Assembly: GCA_050506795.1 (NCBI GenBank)
Contig: JBJHCF010000058.1
Coordinates: 1 to 26,970, forward strand
Direction: 5' to 3'
Length of the DNA stretch: 26,970 nt
Origin: Opitutia bacterium
GTDB taxonomy: Bacteria > Verrucomicrobiota > Verrucomicrobiia > Opitutales > T3Sed10-336
The position numbers and the translations under genes are program-made. The notes below the pieces were generated by a model, which ran no database searches, was not told the origin of the DNA, and saw nothing but the letters and a program-made list of their open reading frames with translations. Of the stretch, positions 17,143-25,006 are shown in pieces (the stretch's first letter is position 1; each line of letters begins with the position of its first letter).

Positions 17143-19343
17143 ATCGTTACTGATTGTCCGGCGTATTCGTTTTCGGGGAGGTGGATCTGGATTACGCTCT
17201 TTTGACGTTCCGAGTCCCATCGAGTGGTCCAGTCGGCACGGGAGGCTTCGATCCGGGCGGTGGTGTGGAGGGTAAGGGTCGAGTGGTTTCGGGTGGGGTC
17301 GGCGACGGAGATTTGGGTGATGCGTTCGTCCGAGGTGCGGAGCATGACCAGGCTCGGCTTGTCCACTTCGATATGGAGGCCCGGCGCCGCTTCGATTTCC
17401 CCGGGTTCGTAGAAGACGATCTGGGCCAAATGCAGCTTTTGGTGGGTGACGGCCTGAACTTCCGCCGTGTTGGCGAGGATGGAGATGGAGGACCGGTCTT
17501 TGTAATCCGTGACGCCATTGAGTTCGATGCCGGGGACGACGATATAGGCGTAATTTTCGGACCTGGGATTCGTTCCGTGGTCGATCCAGAGGTTGAATAC
17601 GTTGTGTGTGATCTCTTCGTCGTCAGCCCAGGATTGACGGTTGATGCGACGCCAGGTTCCGGAAGCGACCTGGTTTTTCATCCGGACGTCGGCGGGCGTG
17701 GGAAAAAGGTAGGCGGTGTTGTCGTGCCAGACCCAATTCGTGCCGGCGAGGACGTGTTCGCCATGATCCAACACCCGGAGGTTTCCGTCTTCGGGGATCG
17801 CGACCCGCCCAGTCAAGAGGGACTGATTCAGGGTGGTGGCCACGGGGAGGTCGGCGTCGGAGGTAATTCCGGCTCCGAGGGCGACGAACTCGTCGTCGAA
17901 GAAGAACCAGGCCTTCCGTGCTTTGAGGGAATCGAGCGGGCTTTCGAAATCGAAAGCCGCTGCGCCGTAAACGCCGTCGGAAATGCCGCCTACGAATTCG
18001 GTGAGTCCCCGCTGCTGTATGGCGCCGGGTGACGGCAGGGAGGGTTTTTGTACCACGGTGGTTCCGGGAATCTTCTGCCAGTCGAAGGCGGGAAAGAGGT
18101 CGCGATACTCTTCGCCGGTCCGGATGATAAAATTGGCGCCGTCGGCCAGGTGGTGATTGAGGAGGCCCTCTTCGTTGTAGGGGACTTCGACGCTGTGATT
18201 ACGTGACGAATACATGCGCACCGAAGCGAAGTATTCCGGGCGCTGGTGACTGAGGTATTCGGAGCTCCAGAAAAATTTGTTGAAGGTGAAGGCCGGTTCC
18301 TGGTCTCCGCGGCGCACGGCGATCAGTTCCGTCAATTCCTCCTGCCGGTAGTCGGAGATGGCCGCCAGGGCTTCGGGTGTGCCGGGGCCCCGGGCGCGCA
18401 GCGCCGACCGGCGGGTGATCCCGCGATTGAGCTGCGGCGGATCGGGATAACGTCCGTGGGCCATGGATTTATGAAAACCGTCGAGATAAAAATCGATCAG
18501 GAGCTCGATGGTTTCCTCGGGAAAGGCGAATTGAGTGCCGTGCAGTTTTCCGGCATAGCGGGCGAACGATGAAGCGTATCCGCTTCCGTAGGTCAGGGTG
18601 GAGGTGACCCGGTCGGTGCGGTGCTGCAGACTCAAGTCGGGCTTAACGCCACGTCCGGTGGTGATACGAACCTCCCCGACCATGGCCGAAACCGCGTCCC
18701 GGAATCCCTCGGCATCCCTTTCGAAAAGGGCGCTCTTCCCCATGATGCCGGCGATCTGAATCAGGTCGCCTCCCGGCCTGGCGCCAAAGCCATTCAGATT
18801 GGCTCGCCCGGCGATGCGGGCGCCTTCCTGTCGCTGCCGGGCGGTGAGTTCGGTATCCATCAGAATCAGCACATCACTGAGAATGTCCGGGGTTCCCATT
18901 TCATTGTGCCACCAGTTGTCGGCGATGAAGTCGTGTTCGATCCAGAAATCGAGCGCCCGCAGGATGGTTTCGCAAAGTTCGGGGTCGCCGTGAAAGCGCG
19001 AACCCGGGTGATGAAAAGCCCGGGCCAGGTCGCGCAGATTCAGAAGGTGCTGCCGGTGCTGGAATCCTGTTCGCGACACATCGTCGTAGTTGATGCCCGC
19101 CCAGCTTCCGTCGGCGCGAAATCCCGCCAGTAGATTCTCAACCCGTCGATCCGAAGGCGGGCTTGCCATAAGTTCGTCGAAAAATTCTCCGAGGACGTGC
19201 TCCATGTCGGAGATCGAATCGCGGGGGATATTTTCGGCGTCCGCGCCATATCCGGCAAATGCGAAGGCGACCAGGGCCGCCAGTATAACGGCAAGCGATG
19301 CAGGTTTGCGATGATTGGGCGGCAAATTTACACAGCTCTGCAT
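17103..19343 (-). CDS. Polysaccharide lyase family 8 (chondroitin AC lyase/hyaluronate lyase-like)
   Basis: Signal peptide; DGSW..INY, NWWHNEMGTP, QH...TYG.GY, SVRMYSSR, DWQKIPGTT, FVGG.SDG, ARKAWFFFDDE.VALGAGI, TTLNQ, WVWHD, WIDHG..P...YAY and SVADPT. Confidence 0.93.
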   Translation of the reverse strand: MQSCVNLPPNHRKPASLAVILAALVAFAFAGYGADAENIPRDSISDMEHVLGEFFDELMASPPSDRRVENLLAGFRADGSWAGINYDDVSRTGFQHRQHLLNLRDLARAFHHPGSRFHGDPELCETILRALDFWIEHDFIADNWWHNEMGTPDILSDVLILMDTELTARQRQEGARIAGRANLNGFGARPGGDLIQIAGIMGKSALFERDAEGFRDAVSAMVGEVRITTGRGVKPDLSLQHRTDRVTSTLTYGSGYASSFARYAGKLHGTQFAFPEETIELLIDFYLDGFHKSMAHGRYPDPPQLNRGITRRSALRARGPGTPEALAAISDYRQEELTELIAVRRGDQEPAFTFNKFFWSSEYLSHQRPEYFASVRMYSSRNHSVEVPYNEEGLLNHHLADGANFIIRTGEEYRDLFPAFDWQKIPGTTVVQKPSLPSPGAIQQRGLTEFVGGISDGVYGAAAFDFESPLDSLKARKAWFFFDDEFVALGAGITSDADLPVATTLNQSLLTGRVAIPEDGNLRVLDHGEHVLAGTNWVWHDNTAYLFPTPADVRMKNQVASGTWRRINRQSWADDEEITHNVFNLWIDHGTNPRSENYAYIVVPGIELNGVTDYKDRSSISILANTAEVQAVTHQKLHLAQIVFYEPGEIEAAPGLHIEVDKPSLVMLRTSDERITQISVADPTRNHSTLTLHTTARIEASRADWTTRWDSERQKSVIQIHLPENEYAGQSVTIHSSFSGQPNALK

Positions 19344-19423
19344 TCTCAACTGTTATCTGAATATTGCGTTTGGAGCAATACCGGTACCAGTGGTTCCCGT
19401 TGCGTCCGGATCAAACCCTTGCA

Positions 19424-19936
19424 TCAATCGTGAGGACGCGAAGGATGCCCGGGAGGAAGGTGCTGGCGAAGGAGCGCTTGAAACGTGTCGCGCCCTTTCT
19501 GTTTCCGGCCGCGAATTTCATAATTCTTGCGGGACTGCTCGTTGAGATGCCGATGGCCCTGGATCTCCGAGTTCTGCAGCGAATCCGCCCAGGAACGCAA
19601 CTGCCGTGAACAGGACTCGGCGATGGATTTCAAATTTGAGATTTGAGATTTGAAATCCTTGAGCGCGGGACGTCGCTCGAAGTAACAGAGCATGGATCGG
19701 GATTCGCCGGCCGACCCGCGTGCGATATAGAGAAAGTTGAGGAGCTCGTTTGTCGTTCCGCGCTCGAATCCTTCGGCGATGTTGTTGGAGACTGAAAGCG
19801 AGCAACGGTCGAGTTGATCGCGCTTCGACCAGGTGATTCGGTTTTTGGCGGTGAGGAGGAAGTCCTCGCAGCCTTCCGCCAGGCGAATAGCGTCATTCCA
19901 AACAGGGAGATCCTCAAAGCGTTGGTAGGTAGGCAT
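19424..19936 (-). CDS. Four-helix-bundle protein (23S rRNA IVP / Avd-like family)
   Basis: YQRFEDLPVW..A, DQL.R.SLSVSNNIAEGFERGT..E...FLYIARGSAGE.RSML. Confidence 0.92.
   Translation of the reverse strand: MPTYQRFEDLPVWNDAIRLAEGCEDFLLTAKNRITWSKRDQLDRCSLSVSNNIAEGFERGTTNELLNFLYIARGSAGESRSMLCYFERRPALKDFKSQISNLKSIAESCSRQLRSWADSLQNSEIQGHRHLNEQSRKNYEIRGRKQKGRDTFQALLRQHLPPGHPSRPHD
19625..19658. repeat. Heptamer array inside the four-helix-bundle CDS (encodes DFKSQISNLKS)
   Basis: GG ATTTCAA ATTTGAG ATTTGAG ATTTGAA ATCC; the ends GGATTTCAAAT/ATTTGAAATCC form a perfect 11-bp inverted repeat. Confidence 0.85.
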
Positions 19937-19956
19937 GGTTGGGGTTGGGGTTGAGG

Positions 19957-19995
19957 GATTTCAAATTTCAAATTTCAAATTTGAGATTTGAGATT
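19957..19995. repeat. Heptamer tandem array upstream of the four-helix-bundle gene
   Basis: G (ATTTCAA)x3 (ATTTGAG)x2 ATT. A short (GGTTGG)n run at 19937-19953 separates it from the start codon. Confidence 0.88.
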
Positions 19996-20261
19996 CAGGT
20001 TAGCGAGGCGGCGGTTTGGGTATCAAGGCAAAATTCGTTCCAGTGGCGGAACGAACCGTTGAAAGCTTCTTCCGGCTTCGAGGTGACCTGCTGGCGCTGT
20101 TTGTGCGCTGAGTCGCTGGAGTCGTCCACGGGAGGAAGGTTTGAGGATGGGTTACGGCGAACTTCGCCAAACTGACGTCGCGTTTGGTCGCTGCAGCACG
20201 GCAAGACTCCGGGATTTTGAGATCAGACTGCCTCGATCGTTGTTAATCGTTTCCCCGCCCA

Positions 20262-20888
20262 TCAATAGGTCAGACATTCGGGATCGTCGTGCCGGGCGTT
20301 GTTGACTCGGCGCCCGACCTCGCGGGAAGCGAGACGGTCGGGGGGATAGGGAGAGCAGAGGCGGTCCAGCGTTTCCCGATCGAGAGGTCTGTCGCCCAGC
20401 CAGGCCGAGGCGTTCGATTCGTCCAGGATCACCGGCATCCGGTCGTGGATGGGCCGCATGATGTCGTTTGGCGCCGTGGTCAGAATCAGGTATGCCTCGT
20501 CTTCCCAGATCCCGGCGAACCAGAAGGGGGCTTCATTCGGTAGATGAAAATAATACGGCTGGGGCGGATTGACGGCGCGCCGCCATTCGTAAAACCCGTC
20601 GGCCGGCACCAGGCAGCGCCGGCTAGCCACCGATTCGCGGAAGGTGGGTTTGGTGGCGGCGGTTTCGGAGCGGGCGTTGATAAGGGGACGGGCCGATTTC
20701 TGCTGCCACCGCGCGCGAATGCCCCAGGCCAGTTCGGCGGCTTCCGGTCGCCCGTTGAAGCGCACCACCGGCATCGTCTGAGTGGGGGCCACGTTGAAAC
20801 GTTTCAGACCCTCCCACGGGGCGAGAAGATCGTGAACGTCCAGTCCTTCGACACTCGGAAGTTTTCTCAGGGTGTAACGTCCGCACAT
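20262..20888 (-). CDS. SOS response-associated peptidase family (SRAP; YedK/HMCES-like abasic-site protection protein)
   Basis: N-terminal MCGRY, FNVAPTQ, WG, INARSET, RRCLVPADGFYEW, ILTT.PN..M..IHDRMPVIL and VNN. Confidence 0.95.
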   Translation of the reverse strand: MCGRYTLRKLPSVEGLDVHDLLAPWEGLKRFNVAPTQTMPVVRFNGRPEAAELAWGIRARWQQKSARPLINARSETAATKPTFRESVASRRCLVPADGFYEWRRAVNPPQPYYFHLPNEAPFWFAGIWEDEAYLILTTAPNDIMRPIHDRMPVILDESNASAWLGDRPLDRETLDRLCSPYPPDRLASREVGRRVNNARHDDPECLTY

Positions 20889-20923
20889 GTAGGCATTCTT
20901 TCTTCAAATTCCTGTTTTCTCGA

Positions 20924-21325
20924 CTACCACAAGAGTTCGAGACCCAGGTGCTCGTAGTCGCGCATGGCGCGGTCGCGTGAGACCAGGGTGCGACCTTCTA
21001 CCAGGGCTTGCCAAACAAGCATTCGGTCGAACGGGTCGCGGTGCGCTTCGATTCGGGGGAGGCGATGAAATGATGCGGCGGTGCGGGCGGATAATGGGCG
21101 GACGATAAACGCATGCTCTTCGGCGATCTCCGGCAATTCCTGTGGGCCGATGCCATCCAATTTGAGTTTTCCGAGAGAGTGTTTCAGGGCAATCTCCCAA
21201 AAGGTCACGCTGCTGACGGCAACTTCATTTCCTTTGGAGACGATGGCTTTCTTGGCCATGGAGCCCAACCGTCGGGGTTGCACGATCGCCCAAAGCAGAG
21301 AATGGGAATCCAGCAGCAGCTTCAT
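20924..21325 (-). CDS. vapC: PIN-domain (VapC-family) toxin
   Basis: MKLLLDSH.LLW, VSSVTFWEIALK..LGKL, HRDPFDRMLVWQA and LVSRD; ATGA overlap with the upstream antitoxin. Confidence 0.93.
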   Translation of the reverse strand: MKLLLDSHSLLWAIVQPRRLGSMAKKAIVSKGNEVAVSSVTFWEIALKHSLGKLKLDGIGPQELPEIAEEHAFIVRPLSARTAASFHRLPRIEAHRDPFDRMLVWQALVEGRTLVSRDRAMRDYEHLGLELLW

Positions 21326-21564
21326 GAGCCGAGCAGTTCCTCATCGGTCATCTCCCAGTCCGGGCCAAACCTTATCCGCGCCCGTCCGGCATAACGTCCG
21401 AGCTTTCGTTTGCCTTGGGTTTCTTCAGGGTCAGGAGGTGAAAGAACCGCGACGATTTCCTTCGTGCGGCCGAAGGAGACGGCGATGCGCTCACCGCGAC
21501 GCACCCGATCCAAAGCGGCCGAAAAATCCCTTTTGAACTCTCCCACGCTCATCGTCTCCATCAT
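21322..21564 (-). CDS. Phd/YefM-family antitoxin
   Basis: METMSVGEFKRDFSAALDRVRRGERI.V..GR....VAVL; C-terminal RKLG...G....DWEMTDEELL; translationally coupled to the PIN toxin. Confidence 0.88.
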   Translation of the reverse strand: MMETMSVGEFKRDFSAALDRVRRGERIAVSFGRTKEIVAVLSPPDPEETQGKRKLGRYAGRARIRFGPDWEMTDEELLGS

Positions 21565-21586
21565 GTTCAATGGAAGCACAATCTTG

Positions 21587-21603
21587 GCAACTTGTCAAGT
21601 TGC
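21587..21603. promoter_or_regulatory. Palindromic operator overlapping the -35 of the TA promoter
   Basis: GCAACTTG-T-CAAGTTGC is a perfect inverted repeat containing minus-strand TTGACA (21598-21593), about 25-40 nt upstream of the antitoxin start. Confidence 0.65.
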
Positions 21604-21671
21604 GCGTCGGATACGTTTCGAGGGTCGGCAACGGTTTTTGCGAATTCGACGGTCTCCCCGACGCCCTTATG

Positions 21672-22394
21672 TCAACGCCGCTCCAGCCACTCCTCGGAGG
21701 CGAATTGGGCGGTGAGGTGGGATTCCTCTTCCGGGTCGAAATCCGGCCAGCTGGCTGAGGTGAGGGGCGAGGCGAGGGTGTGGGCGAGTTCGGCGGCGAG
21801 GAGGTCGGCCAGGGCGTCCCAGTCGCATCCGGGCAGGGCGCTCCGTTCCAGCGAACCCTGGAAAAGCAGACCGGCTCCAGTGCGTTTCTGGGCGGCGCCG
21901 GCCACTTTGGCGCCGGTTTCGCGATGAATTACGTCGAAGTTCTCCGGCTCCTCGAAACAGACGCCCGGGGCGGGGGCGCGTTTTTTACGGGGTTCCGTGG
22001 CGGGAGCTTTCAACTCCACCGGATGTCCCTGGTCCGTCAGGACCTGGCGGATGGTGTCATGGATCGCCTGATACGAATTGCCGGCCGGGCGGGCGCACAG
22101 GGGGTGGGATCGCGGAATGACCAGCGCGTAGGTCCAGTCGTTGCGGTGATCGACCAGGCCGCCGCCGGTGGGACGGCGGACGAGTTCCGGTTCAACTTCC
22201 GGAATTCGCTGGCGGATGAAGGCGATCTTCTGGCTGTAGCCGAAAGTGAAGGCCGGTTGGCGCCAGTCGTAGTGCCGGAAGCGCACGGCGCCGGGTTCGG
22301 GGTAGCGTTTCAGCAATAGAAAATCCAGCGCCATGTTTTCAGCGGCGGATCCGGTGCGCTCGGGGAGATGGTGAAAGGGAATCGCAGGGCTCAC
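21672..22394 (-). CDS. Lipoate-protein ligase A / LipM-like octanoyltransferase (BPL/LPL catalytic domain only)
   Basis: ENMALD, RHY.W..PA.TFGYSQ, VRRPTGGG.V.H, TYA, VCF..P...DV, KVAGAAQKR and QGS. The GTG start at 22394 overlaps the upstream TGA (GTGA). Confidence 0.88.
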   Translation of the reverse strand: MSPAIPFHHLPERTGSAAENMALDFLLLKRYPEPGAVRFRHYDWRQPAFTFGYSQKIAFIRQRIPEVEPELVRRPTGGGLVDHRNDWTYALVIPRSHPLCARPAGNSYQAIHDTIRQVLTDQGHPVELKAPATEPRKKRAPAPGVCFEEPENFDVIHRETGAKVAGAAQKRTGAGLLFQGSLERSALPGCDWDALADLLAAELAHTLASPLTSASWPDFDPEEESHLTAQFASEEWLERR

Positions 22395-23311
22395 AACGAA
22401 TGGTACCACTCTCTGGCGGCAGGGGGGATGATCAGAGGGTCGAGCTGGTCTTCGAAGGGCTGGGGACGGGTTTTCAGTTTCGATTTCAAGCTGGTGATGT
22501 CGAAGGTCAGATCGGCCGGGCGTTTTTGGGCGGCGGGGTCGTCGCGACGGGAAACGGGCCGGATCAGGTCTTCCGGGAGATTGAAGTGGCGGACGATCTT
22601 CTGGCCGATTTCCCAGCGGCTGAGCGGCTCCGCGCCCGCCCAATGGCGAATGCCCAGGAAATCGTTGCGTTCGCAGAGTTCCACCATGACCTTGGCCGCG
22701 TTGTCGACCAGGCAAGGTTGGCGCATTTCCTCGCGATAAAGGCCCGGCTTTTCTCCCTTAATCCAAGCGGCAAAGAGCCTTTCGTGCAGGCTGCGCGTTC
22801 CGTTCGCGGTGTTGCCGTTCAAGAGGGGAAGCCGGAGCACGGTGGCGAAATCCGGGGCGCGCTGGATCACCGCTTTTTCCGCTTCCAGTTTCTGCCAGCC
22901 GTAAAGGCAGGTCGGCGCCGGTTCGTCCACCGGGGAGTAGTTGCCCCGTTCGCCGTCGAATACCATGTCGGTGGACACGTGAAGCAACTTGGCGCTGAAG
23001 TGGTGCGCCAACTGGGCGAGTTGAGTGGGAAGCGCCACATTGAGTGCCTGCGAGAGTTCGGGGTTCGCCTCGCAGTCGGCCGCCTGGGCGACCGCCGCGG
23101 CATTGACAATGGCGTCGGGAAACAGGTCCAGCACCGTCTGCAAGGTCCAGGATTGATCGGTCAGGTCTCCGGTCAGGCACTGGTCCAAGGGGACATCCTC
23201 GGGCAACGGCGTGCGGTGGACGACTCCGGTGACCCTGTGCCCACGCCGCTTCGCCGCCCGCGCGAAGGCGCTTCCCAGCAATCCGGTGGCTCCCGTCAGG
23301 AAAATATGCAT
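22391..23311 (-). CDS. RmlD-like extended SDR (dTDP-4-dehydrorhamnose reductase family)
   Basis: IFLTGATGLLG, PDAIVNAAA, CE.NP, HVSTDMVFDG..G.Y, YGWQK (YxxxK) and RPADL. ATG at 23311. Confidence 0.9.
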   Translation of the reverse strand: MHIFLTGATGLLGSAFARAAKRRGHRVTGVVHRTPLPEDVPLDQCLTGDLTDQSWTLQTVLDLFPDAIVNAAAVAQAADCEANPELSQALNVALPTQLAQLAHHFSAKLLHVSTDMVFDGERGNYSPVDEPAPTCLYGWQKLEAEKAVIQRAPDFATVLRLPLLNGNTANGTRSLHERLFAAWIKGEKPGLYREEMRQPCLVDNAAKVMVELCERNDFLGIRHWAGAEPLSRWEIGQKIVRHFNLPEDLIRPVSRRDDPAAQKRPADLTFDITSLKSKLKTRPQPFEDQLDPLIIPPAAREWYHSL

Positions 23312-23592
23312 GCCAGTTTTTTGCGGGGAATCCCGACACGAAACAAGGAAAATTGGCCTTTCGGCGTCGAGCATCGCCTTATCCGTAACGCCCAGCTTCA
23401 GCGGGCGTCCGTGTGGTGTGAGGACGGCGGTTCGGGGAAGAGAGGCGCCCTTTCGTCGCGCGAAGGGTTTCTCTGACCCCAGCGGATCAACTGGCTCACG
23501 TTTTTCGAAAAGGAAGACCGCCCGCGTCCCAAATCCGGAACCCGCCTTGCCCGAAGTAAGGACCTGTCTCTTTCGCTCCCCTCAGCGTCTAC

Positions 23593-23625
23593 TTGACTTT
23601 ACTGGATCTACATGTAAGTCTACAT
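23593..23625 (+). promoter_or_regulatory. Putative TA promoter/operator
   Basis: TTGACT at 23593-23598; inverted repeat ATGTA-AGTC-TACAT (23612-23625) and a repeated TCTACAT directly before ATG 23628; no clear RBS. Confidence 0.5.
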
Positions 23626-23627
23626 AT

Positions 23628-23885
23628 ATGAGTACAAAGACGATCGCCGTGGAAAGCCGGATTTACGAGAAGCTGGCGCGACAAAAACGGGAGGGAGAAT
23701 CGTTCACGAGGACGATCGATCGCCTCGTGGACTCGCAGAGCGGCGCCGGAACTTGCGCTGATGCGGTGATGCAGGCGGCGACGGTTTGGGCAGGGAAACG
23801 GTCGCTTTCCGAGGCGAAGAAGATGGAGGGCGTTGTCAGGTCCAACCGCAGGCGCGCGAACTGGTCGGTGGAAATTCCGGAATGA
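23628..23885 (+). CDS. vapB: VapB-type antitoxin (DUF217/UPF0330-like N-terminus)
   Basis: MSTKTIAV...IYEKL.RQKREGESFT.TI.RL matches the KTI.....Y..L...K..GESFS.VI.RL pattern; ATGA overlap with the PIN gene. Confidence 0.82.
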   Translation: MSTKTIAVESRIYEKLARQKREGESFTRTIDRLVDSQSGAGTCADAVMQAATVWAGKRSLSEAKKMEGVVRSNRRRANWSVEIPE

Positions 23886-24319
23886 TCTGCATCGACACCA
23901 CGGTCCTGATCGACGAATTTCGCGCGGCGGGTGATGCCGGTGCTCCGGTGAACAAGGCTTTGTTGAGACACGGCGCCGAGGCGCTGATCGTTCCAGTCGC
24001 CGCGGCTGGAGAGTTTTTCGATGGCGCCGCAATGGTGTCGGAAGAGAGGATTCAAGAAGCCCTGACGTTGCTGCGGGCTCGGACAGTAGTATCCGCGAAC
24101 CTGGAAGTGGCGGAACACTACGGGCGAATCACGACTCACCTTCGCCGAAAGAAACTCCTGTCCGGACGATCGCACAACGACCTGTGGATCGCGGCCACAG
24201 CACGCGCCAACGGGGCTCGTCTGCTGACCCGGAACGGCGGAGATTTTGAGGAAATTCCGGGCTTGGAGGTGCTGACCTACGGAGCAAAGGCGATAGGCAG
24301 GCGTAAAGGGTCCGGCTGA
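23882..24319 (+). CDS. vapC: PIN-domain (VapC-family) toxin
   Basis: MICIDTTVLID, GEF..GA, YG.I...LR, NDLWIAATA and LLTRN..DFEEIPGLEV. Confidence 0.93.
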   Translation: MICIDTTVLIDEFRAAGDAGAPVNKALLRHGAEALIVPVAAAGEFFDGAAMVSEERIQEALTLLRARTVVSANLEVAEHYGRITTHLRRKKLLSGRSHNDLWIAATARANGARLLTRNGGDFEEIPGLEVLTYGAKAIGRRKGSG

Positions 24320-24427
24320 CCTGATGGAACAAGGCATGCCGACACCTGTTGCGATACGGGCTCTATCCAGACCTTCTCTAACCCCCCATAAATTGCTATC
24401 ACCCGCACTTTCTGCGCTCGCTCAACC

Positions 24428-24450
24428 GTAGCGCCGCTCTTCAGACGGCG
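24428..24450 (+). repeat. Single GTAG-type REP-like hairpin
   Basis: GTAG-CGCCG-CTCTTCAGA-CGGCG; only one copy is visible in this window. Confidence 0.3.
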
Positions 24451-24504
24451 TCTCCAACCGCCCGACAAACCTCCCGTGCCTCCCATTCCAAACCCACCTT
24501 CCCG

Positions 24505-24880
24505 GATACAACCCAAAGACATCCGTAACAGTCATCCCAAGGACGTCGGTTGCAGTGCAGTGTAGCTGATTATGCCATGGAAAGAGACCGTTCCGAACGA
24601 AGATGGAATGAGAAGGTGTTGACAAGACCGGGCGCGAAGAGAACCGGACCGCCGACGGACGAATAAGAACGAATTGCGGTACTGGCTGAGAAGGGCCGAT
24701 TCACGATCAGCGAGCTTTGCCGGGATGGGGAAGCTGGTGGGAGCCAGGGAAGATGGGGGGGGCGACGGAATGGCGCCGGCGATCAAAACAGGGGACGCGG
24801 ACATCGCTGTCTGCGAGATCTTGGCCGGGAGGCATTTGGGTTTGCCCACGAAAGGGAGGCGAAAGTGGCTTGGGAAGAGA
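24505..24880 (+). mobile_element. Degenerate IS481-family left end and 5' transposase remnant
   Basis: Tandem degenerate end repeats CAACCCAAAGACATCCGTAACAGT and CATCCCAAGGACGTCGGTTGCAGT (24509-24556), then ATG 24572 MPWKET. After stops and frame breaks the text reads ERIAVLAEKGRFTISELCR (about 24667-24723), typical of IS481 N-termini. Right boundary uncertain. Confidence 0.65.
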
Positions 24881-25006
24881 TCCGATTCGGTCTCCAGGTC
24901 GGTGCCCGGCGGGCGAACCCTTCGCGCCCTCCACGTTCTTTGTGGTAACGTAATCCCAGAAATACATTTGACAAATGGCATGGACGCCGCCAATTTGCGG
25001 CGCAAT

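Noticed and set aside
19424..19995. Diversity-generating retroelement (Avd-like gene plus repeats) or 23S rRNA intervening sequence
   Set aside because: No reverse transcriptase, no TR/VR pair with adenine-specific mismatches and no rRNA in the window.
22395..22715. 107-aa N-terminal extension of the LplA-like ORF
   Set aside because: It lies inside the RmlD-like CDS in another frame; the GTGA overlap at 22391-22394 gives a better start.
8541..23311. Idea that the RmlD-like SDR supplies dTDP-rhamnose for Arg32 EF-P, or that the LplA-like protein modifies EF-P
   Set aside because: The genes are more than 12 kb apart and separated by unrelated accessory DNA, there is no earP, and nothing in the sequence links them.
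23211..23627. N-terminal extension of the antitoxin ORF (224 aa in the track)
   Set aside because: It overlaps the divergent SDR gene and promoter; family similarity starts at ATG 23628.
24674..25006. Apparent fusion domain in front of the AAA/DUF4143 ATPase
   Set aside because: Read-through across an IS481 relic and a promoter (TTGACA at 24968); the ATPase family begins at about ATG 25007.
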